This document shows, piece after piece, positions 26,181-38,566 of a stretch of 64,000 nt of DNA. Source of the DNA: Scyliorhinus canicula (taxonomy: Eukaryota). The number at the start of each line of letters is the position of its first letter. Position 1 is the stretch's first letter. The position numbers and the translations under genes are program-made. The notes beneath the pieces were generated by a model. It saw only the letters and a program-made list of their open reading frames with translations, made no database searches and was not told where the DNA came from. The stretch spans positions 10,154,566 through 10,218,565 of the forward strand of contig NC_052157.1 of NCBI RefSeq assembly GCF_902713615.1. The letters are read 5' to 3'.

Positions 26181-28275
26181 AGACAAAATTGCAAAAAGAG
26201 GTCTTGGATTGGGGGAGAGCAGACGTTAGTAAAATAACGGCAGAATCTGGCCAGGTAGATTGGAACAAGTTACTGGTGAGGAGATCTACAGAGAACGGGG
26301 GGTGGGGGGGGGTGGTGTGTGTTCAAAGAGGAAATGGGGATGGTACAGCCCCAACATGTTCCTTCCAGGTAAGAAGAAGGAGTAACAAGCTCGAGATCCC
26401 TGTTTGACCAGAGATACTCAGGACACAATGAGAAGGAAGAGAGAGGCTTTTAATAAGTACAAGGGAGCAAATCAAGTTAGCGGAGTAAAGAAAGTGGAGG
26501 TTGGAGCTTAAGAAATCAATTAGGAGAGCAAAGAGGGGCTATGAGAAATCTCTAACTGATAGGGAAAAAACCCCCAAGATATTATATAAGTATATTAACT
26601 GGGTGGAGCCAGAGGGCATTGGTATCGTGTAAATTAATATTTCGCATCTGTCCTTCACCCAAGAGACTGAGGAGGCAGATATGGAACTCTAGGAGAGAGA
26701 CTGAGGTTATTGAGCAAATTTTCAGAGGGGAGGGACAAAGTATTGGGGTGTGTTGGCAGGCTTAAAAGTGGAGAAATCTTGTCCCAGGTTGCTGTGGGAG
26801 ACGAGAGACGAGTTGCGGGGCCTTGATCCAAATTATTAATTCTTCTCTGGCCACGGGAGAGGTGCCAGAGGACTGGGAATCACTACAGGCCAGTGAGTCT
26901 CAACGTCAATGAAATGGGGGGAAACTAATGGAGAAAATCTCGAAAGAGAGAATCTATCTCCACTTGGAGAGGCACCGTTCGATCCGGAATAGTCAGCCTG
27001 GCTTGTCAGAGGGAGTCATACCTAACAAATTTGATTGACTTTTATGAGCACGTGAATAAGTGTGTAGATGAGGGTAGTGCGGTTGATGTAGTTTACAGGA
27101 TTTCAGCAAAGCCTTTGACAAGGTTCCACATGGGAGACTTTGAAAGAAGCAAATGCACAGGGGATACAGGGGAACCTGATAGGGTGGATTCAAAGCTGGC
27201 TGAGCTGTCGGAAATGGGGTGATGACAGACTGCTGCTTTAGTGACTGGAAGCCAGTGTCCAGTGCGCACACAGGGATCTGTGCTGCGCATCCTATTGTCA
27301 TTTATATAAATGACTTAGATGAATATGTGGGAGGTACAGTAAGTTTGCGGGTGACACTAACGATTGGCCGGCTTGTTAACAGCGAGGCTGAGAGTCTTGG
27401 GTTACAGGAAGATATAGATGGGTTGGTCAAATAGGCAAAAATTGGCAAATAGTATTTAATCCTGAAAAGTTTGACGTGTTACACTTTGGAAGGGGCAATT
27501 TGACAAGGAAATATTCAATCAATGGCACCACACTGGGAGTCCTGAGGAACAAGAGACCATGGCGTGTTTGTAAAATCTATCTCTGAAGGCAGAAGGGCAG
27601 GTTAATCAGGTGGTAGGGTGGTGTAAAAAGCATATGGTACATCAATCGTGGCATAGATTACAAAAGCAAGAAGTCATGTTAATAATAATCTTATTGTTGG
27701 AGTTATATTAGAACATTAAGGCCACAGCGGGAGTACTGTGCGCAGTTCTGGGTCGCCACATTATAGGAAGGATATCGCACTGGAGCGGGTGCAGAGGCGT
27801 TTCACAAGGATGTTGCCTGGGATGGAACATTTTTAGTTATGAAGAGAGCTGGATAGGCTTCGGTTTGTTTCTGCTGGAGCAGAGAAGACCGAGGAGCTAC
27901 CTGATCGAGTGTACAAGATTGAGGGGCATGGGCAGAGTGAAGGCGGAAACAGCTGTTCCCCTTCGTTGAAGTCGGTTACGAGTGGACAAAAGTTAAAGGT
28001 GAGGGTGGGAGGTTCAGGAGAGATTTGAGGAAAAGCTTTTCTTACCCAGAGGGTGGTGACGGTCTGGAACGCACTGCCTTGGGAGGGTGGTAGAGGCGGG
28101 GTTGCCTCACATCCTTTAAAAAGTACCTGGATGAGCAATTGGTACGTCTTAACATTTGAGGCAATGGGCCAAGTGCTGGCAAATGGGATTAGGATTGGCA
28201 GGTCAGGTGCCTTTCATGCTGCAGTGCAGACGCAATGGGCCTTTTCTGCACTTTATTTTTCTGTGATTCTGTGAT
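26180..28275 (+). mobile_element. Heavily decayed CR1 LINE related to 10733-13110
   Basis: VDEGSAVDVVY, IYINDLDE remnants; tail ctgcactttatttttctgtgattctgtga. Confidence 0.85.
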
Positions 28276-28613
28276 ATTGTCAGCTGGATACAGTAGGAAT
28301 CAAAATTGCAACCGCGTCTCTATGATGTAACACTACATGGGACAATGACATTTCCATCATTGGATATAGATAACTAAAACCATTGGGTATATTTAATCTG
28401 TGAAGCCAGCTTGTCGTCTTTTCATGACAGTTTTAAAATGTTAATGTACAGAAAAAAAAGGTAAATTCCAAATTTGTTGTTTAATGGGAAGATATGATTA
28501 TTTAGATTTGATGAGACCAAATGGTTTAACTGCAATGTTTGGAGATGATGTGTTTGAACATTGATGCAGTTAACTGGTTATCATAGTTGACGTGCATGCA
28601 CATTTTTTTTCAG

Positions 28614-28719
28614 AACTATTCCATGGCAGTTTACCTTGTAAAACAGCTGTCTTCTGCAGTGTTGCTTCAAAGACTGCGGGCAAAAGGAATAAGGAACCCG
28701 GACCATTCCAGAGCATTAA
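28614..28719 (+). CDS. PIAS1: PIAS1 coding exon (exon 7), 106 nt, NYSMAVYLVKQLSSAVLLQRLRAKGIRNPDHSRAL(I)
   Basis: Inside ORF 28587..28856; acceptor tttttttcag, donor gtatgt. Confidence 0.97.
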
Positions 28720-29141
28720 GTATGTACAATTTGTGGGCAGGTAGATGTTTGCATAGGCAAATTTGGCAATTTCTTTGTGTGTTAGAAACCCACAATGCAG
28801 TTCATGACATTCTTTCCTTTCTGTTCAGTATTGGTTTCAACCACTATATTAAATAATTTTTTCTGAATAATTAAAAATGCTGAATTGGTCAATCGCGTTT
28901 ATTATTGTCACACGTTTTGGACTCTAGGGGAATTGAAGAATATTGGGATCAGGCGAGAAAGTGGAATTGAGGGCAAAGATCAACCACAATCTCATTTACT
29001 GGTGGAGCAAGCTTGAGGGTCACCTGACCTACACTTTGTCCTATTTCTTAGGTTCTCATCAAAGTATAAATTTGTTTCTCCCAGGTCACTTTGCCCTGTA
29101 TCTCTAATTATTTGTACCCTCGTCTTCCCTACTGGGTACAC

Positions 29142-29475
29142 AGAATGATAGAATTTACAGTGCAGAAGGAGGCCATTCAGCCCATCGGGTCTGCATGGCC
29201 CTTGGAAAGAGCGCCCCTCGTAAGCCCACACCTCCACCCTATCCCAGTAACGCCACCAAGCGTTTTTTTGACACTAAGGGCAATTTAGCATGACCAATCC
29301 ACCTGATCTGCACATCTTTGGACTGCGGGAGGAAATCGGAGCACCCGGAGGAAACCCACGCAGGCACGGGGAGAACGTGCAGACTCCGCACAGACAGTGA
29401 CCCAAGCTGGGAATCAAACCAGGAACCCTGGAGCTGTGAAGCAACACTGCTAACCACTGTGCTACCGTGCTGCCC
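29142..29475 (-). mobile_element. Type A V-SINE
   Basis: Near-full head, V-domain and CR1-like tail. Confidence 0.9.
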
Positions 29476-29719
29476 TTTTCATTCCAGTTCTGAAAGTCTG
29501 ATGGTGGGAAAGGGGGATGGGTCTCTGGGTGACAGCAACCCTGCAGAACCTTCCCCATGTGTCTTTAATTTTTCTCGTGAGGTTAAATTGTGAGGCAATT
29601 TGACTAACGAGTGACTGTCATAGCCAAGTCTGATTCTGTTAGCGTTGTTTGCCTAAAGACTCCATTCCTAGCTTGGCTAATTTACAAGTGACCATTGGTA
29701 GAATCCTGGTTTGGGTCCC

Positions 29720-29720
<1 letters not shown>

Positions 29721-29759
<39 letters not shown>
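29721..29759. repeat. Poly(C) tract, 39 nt
   Basis: Read directly. Confidence 0.95.
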
Positions 29760-29761
<2 letters not shown>

Positions 29762-31099
29762 CACCAAGCTACTCAGACTGATTATAAAACCTCGGGACCC
29801 ATTACAGCCGAATTTGGTGTCTGATTGAGGACTGACCAGCGATCCAAACGCTATTCCTTCACTGGCTATTTGGTGCTTTATCGTACTATCTACATTATGT
29901 CATGGGGAACGATTTCTGGAAACTAACCTCATAGAACCTGTTGTTTACAGTTGAACAGAAGTCAATTATTTGAATTGACACAATTCTCTCACACCCATAA
30001 GCAAATGAGTTGGGTGTGAGCCAAAAGAGATGGGGATTAATGGAACGCTACCTTTTTTTTTTATTGTTTTCAATTTTTACTTTTTCCAAGTTTTTCTTCC
30101 TTTCTTCAGCGTGAGGTGTGATTCCACAGGTGCCTGGTTATGCAGCACCCTGTCCTTGCTGAGCCAAAGAGGAAATGTAGTGTTCGAGTTGAGGTTAGGT
30201 ACAGAATCTGAGACCGTTACGCTCTGTATTCTGTCCTAACTTGCTGACCCATTGGAAGATTTCCCTGGATGTTTTTGTCTCCTTGTTGGGGTACTCCAGG
30301 AATTCAAGCTGTAAATTGCTGGTTACGTTTTCTAGAATTAGGCCAATTTGAAGACCTCACTCATTGAACATTTTCCAAATTGAGAAGCTTTTTGAAATGT
30401 TTGTGTTAGGGTATACCAAAATTGTATTTGCTCTTACGCATATGATTATTCTGCTGACTCTACCCTATTGATGTCGCAGTCGAATCCAACTATTGCTATT
30501 TTGGCCAATTGCCCAATCACCAATTGATTGATCAGGCGAATTGATTTCTGTTTACAATACAGCTCTGCTATTGAAGAGCTCAACAACTTGCTGGATTGGG
30601 CTGAAATTGAGGAACTAAAAGTAGGAGTAAGTACAACATTTAAGAGTGCCACCATAGTGGGAGCACATTGATGGGGGAGGTTGAGCATCTAGTTAATCAC
30701 TGTTAAGCTGTTAAAACTATAAATCACTGCTGCTCAATGGAAATGAAGGTTCCAGCTCAAAAAAGATCAGATAGAAAACCTGCAATTAATAAACCGATAT
30801 TTAGCAGTTTTATTTGCGTTGCTGTTTCCCCGTGACCACGAAGCGGATTCCACTGCTCTGTTTTACTTTGATCTAGATGCACCCGAAATCAAGTTACACA
30901 GAGCTGTTGCATCGTTGATTAATTTGCTTAAAACTTGTTCATCCCACTTTACTACTTTTTAGTGCATGAGTTGATTCACTCATTGCAATCATCTCTGTAG
31001 TTTGAATTTACAACAAACTCCACATGTCGACGCTCAACTTGCCTTAAAAAGTCAAACTCTTGTCACGTACTTGGTTTTTACAAAACCATCCAAAACCAA

Positions 31100-31439
31100 G
31101 GGCAGCACGGTAGCATGGTGGTTAGCATAAATGCTTCACAGCTCCAGGGTCCCAGGTTCGATTCCCGGCTGGGTCACTGTCTGTGTGGAGTCTGCACGTT
31201 CTCCCCGTGTGTGCGTGGGTTTCCTCCGGGTGCTCCGGTTTCCTCCCACAGTCCAAAGATGTGCGGGCAAGGTGGATTAGCCATGCTAAATTGCCCGTAG
31301 TGTCCTAAAAAGTAAGGTTCAGGGGGGGTTGTTGGGTTACGAGTATAGGGTGGATACGTGGGTTTGAGTAGGGTGATCATTGCTCGGCCAACATCGAGGG
31401 CCGAAGGGCTGTTCTGTGCTGTACTGTTCTATGTTCTAT
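31100..31439 (+). mobile_element. Type A V-SINE whose tail matches the young CR1 at 10733-13110
   Basis: aacatcgagggccgaagggc...gttctatgttcta shared with about 13048-13110. Confidence 0.92.
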
Positions 31440-31700
31440 CACCTTTCTTAATATGATTTTAACAATTCTGGATGCAAGAAGTGTTAACTCAATACACCCT
31501 ACCTCTGCTTCTCCTGCGTGGTAGGCCAGTCAGAGACGTAGCAATTTGTGAAATCAAAGAGTACATAGTGTGCTGCTTCCCGTTTTAAAAGTTTCCTCCT
31601 GAAGGTGCTGGGCCACAGTTGCACAAATGCAATCTATCAAATGAATCTGGTACCTTGCCCAAAGGGGCAGATTTTAACATTTGAGCCTCAACAGTGAGTT

Positions 31701-32016
31701 AAATAAATAAATAAATCTTTATTATTCGCCCAAGTAGGCTTACATTAACACTGCAATGAAGTTACTGTGAAAATCCCCTAGTCTCCACACTCCGGTGCCT
31801 GTTTGGGCACACTGAGGGAAAATTCAGAATGTCCAATTTACCTAACAGCACATCTTTCAGGACTTGTGGGAGGAAACCGGTGGACCCGGAGGAAACCCAC
31901 GCAGACACAGGGAGAATGTGCAGGCTCTGCACAGACAGTGACCCAAGCTGGGAATCGAACCCGGCACCGTGGCGCTATGAAGCAACAGTGCTAACCACTG
32001 TGCTACAGTGCCACCC
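31701..32016 (-). mobile_element. V-SINE with type C tail
   Basis: Same structure as 14418-14724. Confidence 0.88.
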
Positions 32017-34089
32017 TAGAGAATTGCTCCTAGAGCTTCAGGACAGAATGGTGATGCGAGTTTGGTAAATTGAAACCTCAACCTAGATTTCTTGTTATAA
32101 TAAAATCAGAAAATGCTGGAAACAGTCAGCACGATTGGCAGCATCGGTGGAGAGTGTTAAAGCTTCAGATTTATCCGTCTGTCAACTGCATCACACCTGA
32201 GCTTGAGCCTGTTTTCCTCCAGTATCCATACATGCAGTTTCCAGCAGGGGTTAGTTCTCCTCTCTTCCTGAATCCTCTTTTGTATTGGGGCCAAATCTGG
32301 TTGTGGTGTACCAACTGCTGTCCTAGCTGAATCCAAAAACCTCAATAGAAAATTCATCCAAACACTCGAGCTATCTCATATGCATGGATCATTGATTTCT
32401 TTTTCCCATTCGATGTTTGGGGGAAAGAGTTAATTAAAAATGTAGCTTTCAGCTTCAAACATGGAATTAAGTCCTTTTGACCTGTGCTTTGTTTTGCTGC
32501 TGCTTTTCTCATGTTCATTCTGCGTCTCTTTTCTCTCATTCTATCTCTGAACTCTTCCGCCTCCCCTCCCCCTCTCAAGTGTGCTGTCCTAATATTTGTA
32601 AATTGTGTTAAGCCGTATGCTGTTGCTGCCAGCTGGCCATTGCTGGTATGTGGTCTGCAGAAACCTAAGAGTAAACATATCGGCCTTAGCAAATACTATT
32701 AAGTTACTTTACGTTTCTAGCTTTGGTGCCACTAGTGGGAGTCTTAGCATAGTACAACGGCAGCATAATGTACTTTGCCTGACATCAAATGAAACCTGCT
32801 CATTGAATGTAGTCGAGCAGTCTCTGTCTCTGGCTGTATTTCTAATCTTCCCATTTATTATAGTAAGTAAAAGCTGTGTTAAACCCATAATTTGTCTCCC
32901 ATTTGGTTGCTATAAATGGTGATTTTTGCTTGATCCACCTTTTCGGACGACCTACACTTTTGAGTTGACCCGAGAGTGGGAGGTGCCATACTGTTGCCTT
33001 TATCTGGGGGCTGCCGCCCAATTGTCTGTGCACAATAATTTTGTAGCGGGGGAGGGTAGTGGGTAATGGTGCTGTAGCAGCTAGTCACTGCAAATCATGC
33101 CCAGCTAATGAAGTGTTTCTTCCCTTAGGCAGATTAGGATAAAGGTGAACTACTGATCTGTCTGCTTTCCTTCCCTGCCTCCATCCACCCTGCAGCCCTG
33201 CCGTCTCCCACCAGAGGGGAGGATCGGAATGTTGTTCAACTGCAATATGTTTGTCAAAAATTCATCATGCTTTTGGCAGCTAGGTCTGGAATGCGGAGTG
33301 CTGCTGGGTGTGAAAGCAATGAGACAATGGCTGTTCCTCATTAGCAGCCCTTTTACTTGGAGTGCTTTAATTTCCAGTCTCTTTTTTTTCTTTAAGAAGT
33401 GTAGTTGACTTTGTACGGGGCAAACTCTATTAATGTCTAGAAGGAGAAAAGAGGGTGGGCCAAGGGAACTGTTTGTTGCAGTAATCTGCAGCTGTAACCT
33501 ACAATGTTTAGTTAGCAGGAGAATTGCCTGTCACTTGGGTTGCTTATGGACAGAAGCTTCCTATTTCCCGTATGCCCTACAGGCCTTATCCTATGTAGGC
33601 AGATCATGTGCAGCAGTTTTGTGCTGTCTTGACTAGCAGGAAAAGACAACATGGGGAATATTGGCTAGATTCAGACATATTGTTCACTCAGACTGTAGGA
33701 AAACAAAGTCCCACGTTCTCCCCCCCCCTCCCCCCCTCGGCCTCTACACAACGGTATAAATCTGACCCTATTTCCCATCCTCTCCAGCTTTGACAAAGAA
33801 TCATCCAGACTCGAAACGTTAGCTCCCTTCTCTCTCCACAGATGCTGTCAGACCTGCTGAGATTGTCCAGTATTTTCTGCTTTTATTGCAGCAAAGTCAC
33901 TGGTGTATCTGTCAAAACAGGCAAACCCCATTTACAGCTATACAATGGATCCTTCTGATTAGTTTAGAGGAATCAGGCTTTATCTGAATAGTGAGCTCCA
34001 TGCATTAGGACACTAAACCATGCAGGCCAGCAGGTTCCAGATTTGATTCCTGGTTTCTGCTGAAGGGAATATAAACGAACATTCATACT

Positions 34090-34375
34090 TCTAATTTGAA
34101 ATTTATTCACAGGGTGTGGCTGTCACTGGCAAGGCCAGCAATTATTGCCCATCCCTAATTGACCTTGACAACTGAGTGTCAAACAACAGCACAGGAGACT
34201 AGGTTTCCTCCCCTGAAGGACGTTAGCGAACCAGATGGGCTTTTACATCTTTTTATACCGGCCTTTTGTTCTAGATTTATTTATTTAACTGAATTTAAAT
34301 TCTGCAGCTGCTGAAGAGGGATTTGAACTCGTGTCCAGTAGCATAACTACAATGTTACAATGTTACAACTACTGT
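34090..34375 (-). mobile_element. Old Deu-domain-like (SacSINE1-like) SINE relic; similar relics at about 53520-53760 (-) and 61335-61690 (+)
   Basis: ttcctcccctgaaggacgttagcgaaccagatggg is the reverse complement of the ctggttcactaatgtcctttagggaagg core; tail shared with the second LINE family. Confidence 0.6.
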
Positions 34376-34677
34376 GCAATAGCTCCTGCTAGAAAGTACA
34401 CGTGTGGATGCCTCATGAGGGCAGAATGGAATTTGCTGGGATTGCCAGAGAGTTGCAAAAACCTACCTGCATTTCACTATCTCAACTTGCACACAAAGAA
34501 TAACATTTGCGGGAAGTATAAAGGGTTATCAATTCTTGTCCAACTGTACCCCATCGAGAATCACTGTTTCTGCAGAGTGGGAAATCTGTAGATCAATGCA
34601 ATGGCCGTTTTGTGTTAAAATACAACATAACCAGTTGTCTGAAGTAATTTTAAAAATATATTTGCTTCCTTGCCTAG

Positions 34678-34751
34678 TCAAAGAGAAGTTAACGGCTGAT
34701 CCTGATAGCGAAATCGCCACCACCAGCTTGCGGGTGTCTCTGTTATGTCCT
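34678..34751 (+). CDS. PIAS1: PIAS1 coding exon (exon 8), 74 nt, (I)KEKLTADPDSEIATTSLRVSLLCP
   Basis: Inside ORF 34536..34826; acceptor cttccttgcctag, donor gtgagt. Confidence 0.97.
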
Positions 34752-36224
34752 GTGAGTACAGCCATATCTGAATTATTGATGATTAAATTGCCTTGTCTTC
34801 CTCCTCGGAATCACTGTGCTTATTAACTGTCTGGGGCTGAAGAAATTATTTTTCCCAATCTGATTTATTGATAGTTGGCTGTGGGAAAACCTGTGAATTA
34901 TAGATTTGATAATGTCACTGCTTAAAGTACAGCATATATTCTGATTTTGAGCTTGATGTTTTGAAAAGCTGTTGTGGATTTGCTGATGTAGAGGTACTAA
35001 ACGTATGCAAATGTGTAATACAGAAAATTCACATTCCGGGTTGGAATGATGCTGTTATTCTACTATTAATTTCTTCTGTGAAATAAAAAATCCTCAATGT
35101 ACTTAACATGCAAAGGTTAAAAAGTTCCACTCCATTAGTTGTGAAAAGAGTTTCTGACTTTGGTAACAATGTATTAATGCATAGCAATTTGTATTGGTGC
35201 AATTCTTTCTCTTCGTCTTGCCCCGTTACCTCAAATGAATTTCCCCCGTGCCCTTACATGACACCACCAGATATTGCTTTCTATAACTTTTCACTGCATC
35301 AGCAGCTCCCCATGTCCAGTCTTCACAGAAATAAAGTTACCAAGTTGTTCAAAATGAAAATTTGTTTCTTTCCCTCCCTGCTATTTTTACCCTCTCCAAA
35401 GCAGCTGGCTTACAAGACAATGCAATTCCCTGAATGCTAGGGGTGCAAATAGCTGCTCTTCCTGTGTGAGCCTGAATGGTGTATGCTAGTGGGTTTTCGA
35501 ATTTCTGGAGGATATCACAGAGCTTGTACTATTCTGACCTTCCGTGCACACTTACCAGAAGGTATCGGTGGATTCTGATTGGCAACAGGAAGCCTCAGCT
35601 CAGTTTTCATTTCCTCAGCTCAGGAGCTGTGAGGCTAATAGTTGCGGTCCACCCAAGAAGTACAAACATTGCACAGACTGTGGGACTTCCTGGTCTGTCT
35701 AGCTTGGCACTTGTGTTACATTGTGTGGCACCATTACCCACCAGGAAGCCCAAAGTAAATAAAATTCAAGATGGCAGAGGATGCGCTAGGAAATTATGGA
35801 AAATGTAACACCCAAGCAACAGCTGTCATTGCCCCCATTTTTGTGCATACTCTACGTGTTGATGCCTGATGTTCCATTATAAACATCTGGACCCTATTCT
35901 ATTTGCTCCAAGTAAGACAGTTTAGCATTAATGTGGAGGTCCATTCACTACTACACCTGACTATCTACATTACCCCTCAGGTTTATTCATCCATTGCCAT
36001 GGGTTACCTTTTGTTTCAAGGAACATTGAGGTGCCCCCCTTCTCGCTCTTCCCCACCATGTGGCTGTGTTCAGAGGTTGTTGTAACAACCATAGATGGAT
36101 TAGGTTTGTGTTTACAAAATGATTATAACCATGAGCAAATAGAAAAACATGTCAGCACCTGATAAATAGGCAATGTTGGGTGGGGTTTCCTTTGGGACAT
36201 CATGCATCAGCATTGGAATTTACT

Positions 36225-36464
36225 GGGCAGCACCGTGGCGCAATGGGTTAGCACTGTGGCCTCACGGCGCCGAGGTCCCAGGTTTGATCCTGACTCTGGG
36301 TCACTGTGTATGGAGTTTGCACATTCTCCCCATGTTTGCTTGGGTTTCGCCCCACAACCCAAAAGATGTGCAGGCTAGGTAGATTGGCCATCCTAAATTG
36401 CCCCTTAATTGGAAAAAATGAATTGGGTACTCAGTTTAAAAAAAGTAGAATTTTTGTTTAAAAA
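36225..36464 (+). mobile_element. Type B V-SINE, 15-bp TSD
   Basis: agcattgg(a/g)atttac at 36209-36223 and 36465-36479. Confidence 0.9.
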
Positions 36465-36737
36465 AGCATTGGGATTTACAAATAACCGCCGCCTGTTACC
36501 TTCGATATATGATGACTTCTGTTGTGGTTTTCTTCTAATAGTGGTAGAGAAACAAAGGTAGTTTAAGGGATTTATATTTGTACTGGTAAACATCAGAAAT
36601 AAGGTATAGTTTCAAGTTGGTTTAATTTAATGTTTCTGTGCCTGGAGAAAGGTGATGTATGTATGGGGGTTGGTTTTGTTTCAACGGTGTTTCTATTGTG
36701 CTTAGAGTGAGCTACGGTGTGAAAAATAAACAAAAGG

Positions 36738-37036
36738 AACATTCTCCCCGTGTCTGAGTGGGTTTCACCCCCACAACCCAAAGATGTGCAGGTTATGTGG
36801 GTTGGCCACTATTTTGAGGTCCACCAGCAAAACAGAAGAGAGGAAAGAACTGAGGGACAAAGCCAAAAAAAGGGCCGCTCCTGTTAGGGGCACTGCCCGA
36901 ACATAACAAAAATCAACGGAAACTTAAAAACATCAGATAAGAGTGCAATTAAAGGGGTCATCGGTGGATTGGCCAAGCTAAATTGCCCCTTAATTGGCAA
37001 AAAAAAAATTGGGTCCTCTAAATTTATTTATTTTTA
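36738..37036 (+). mobile_element. 5'-truncated type B V-SINE with a 150-bp internal insert and a perfect 16-bp TSD
   Basis: aaaaataaacaaaagg at 36722-36737 and 37037-37052. Confidence 0.85.
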
Positions 37037-37858
37037 AAAAATAAACAAAAGGCCTAAGTATTTTGGTGTTGCTTAGCAACTAGGGTCTTGTAAGGTAGGG
37101 AAGCTTTAGGCTTTAGTTTTAGCTCAATTTGTGGGCAGTTGACACTTTGAGGCGTGCCGTGCCCCCCCTCCCCCCCCCCCCCCCCAAGAAACTGGACAGG
37201 ACAAGGGAATTGCAATGATGCAAGCTTCCTAAGGAACAAGATATAATTCAAGATAACTGCGGAATTGGGATAGAAAGAAGCATTTAAGATACCTGAAGTT
37301 AATAAACCAGACAATGGTACAATGGCATTGTTCAGAAGAATTCAAGAGAAAGCAAAGTGTTTCGAGTTAAACAGACGATTGCGGTAGCTATTTAAAGTGG
37401 GACAGCAGACTTCAGAAGTAGATTAACATTTCATGTCATTGTAATGCAGTCTGGGAATCGAAAATTGAAGCATGTACGAGCAGTTTGCACAGCAGTCAAA
37501 ACTAAGAAATCCTAAAGAGGTGGTGAAAAATTCTGGTCTGTGTTCGCTGATAATTGTAGAGCGGAGGCCTTTTCGTGTAATTTGGAAAACCTGGTCTGGA
37601 CTTCAAAATGCAAACTGCTAAGAGAAAGCATGCTAATGAGAGAAGATTTTAAGTGTGTTCTTGAAAGTGGAGTTTGGAAACTCTCATGCTAATCATCGAG
37701 GGTGGGGGGGGGATAGTTTCTGAGGAGAAATTCAGACTTTAACTTGGTTTCAGAGTGGGCAGTATATTTGACCACAGTCGTCTTGTGTGCTTAAAAGGGA
37801 CTGCGTTTCAATGAGACCATTGTAGCTTAAGATGTACTTTATAATTCATGTCAATTCT

Positions 37859-38025
37859 GTTTAGCACAGGGCTAAATCGCTGGCTTTGAAAGCAGACCAA
37901 GCAGGCCAGCAGCACGGTTCGATTCCCGTAACAGCCTCCCTGAAGAGGCGCCGGAATGTGGCGACTAGGGGCTTTTCACAGTAACTTCATTTGAAGCCTA
38001 CTCGTGACAAGCGATTTTCATTTCA
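37859..38025 (+). mobile_element. Short SINE, type D (different head, no V-domain, type C-related tail)
   Basis: tttagcacagggctaaa...ggttcgattcccgta...ggcgactaggggcttttcacagtaacttca; further copies at 39864-40049 and 58345-58515. Confidence 0.85.
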
Positions 38026-38405
38026 TGGTGTATTGTAGTATCATCCAATTTCTTCACATTTCAAAGGTTTTTCCTTGTTGAAACTAATTTGCGATCCTGT
38101 GACTCTGTTTCTTCACGTTTTATGAAAAAAAAGTAAGTCTTTTGAGCCAGGGTTCCGTCCTGGGATTTTCTCATCCAGTTATAACATCTACTGAGATCCT
38201 AACAATAACTTAAAAGGACTCTTAATCTTTTAAACTAGCTGTCTCTTACTCCTTTCAGAAGCAGAAACAAAATAGCTAATATGTCCAATTCACAGCACGT
38301 CTTATGTGAGTGAAGTTGCAGTTCAGCATTTGTTTATTGAAAAGTGATGAATGTATTTATTTTCCAAATAATTTGACCAAGATTCCATGTGTTTTTTGTT
38401 TCCAG

Positions 38406-38566
38406 CTGGGCAAAATGCGGTTGACAATCCCGTGTCGTGCAGTAACCTGCTCACATCTCCAGTGTTTTGATGCAACGCTTTACATTCAGATGAATGAGAA
38501 AAAACCAACGTGGGTTTGTCCAGTCTGTGATAAGAAAGGTCCTTATGAGCACCTAATTATTGATGG
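38406..38566 (+). CDS. PIAS1: PIAS1 coding exon (exon 9), 161 nt, SP-RING/MIZ zinc finger [53 protein letters not shown](G)
   Basis: C-x-H-x2-C...C-x2-C SP-RING signature; acceptor ttttgtttccag, donor gtaagc; ends in phase 2. Confidence 0.98.

Larger units (their letters stand above)
36520..38204 (+). mobile_element. Possible solo LTR carrying two later SINE insertions
   Basis: TGT...ACA ends (tgttgtgg / cctaaca), purine-rich non-coding interior; no convincing TSD found. Confidence 0.3.

Noticed and set aside
32354-32922. Overlapping ORFs in intron 7
   Set aside because: Low-complexity, no recognisable domain, and no place in the complete PIAS1 exon chain.
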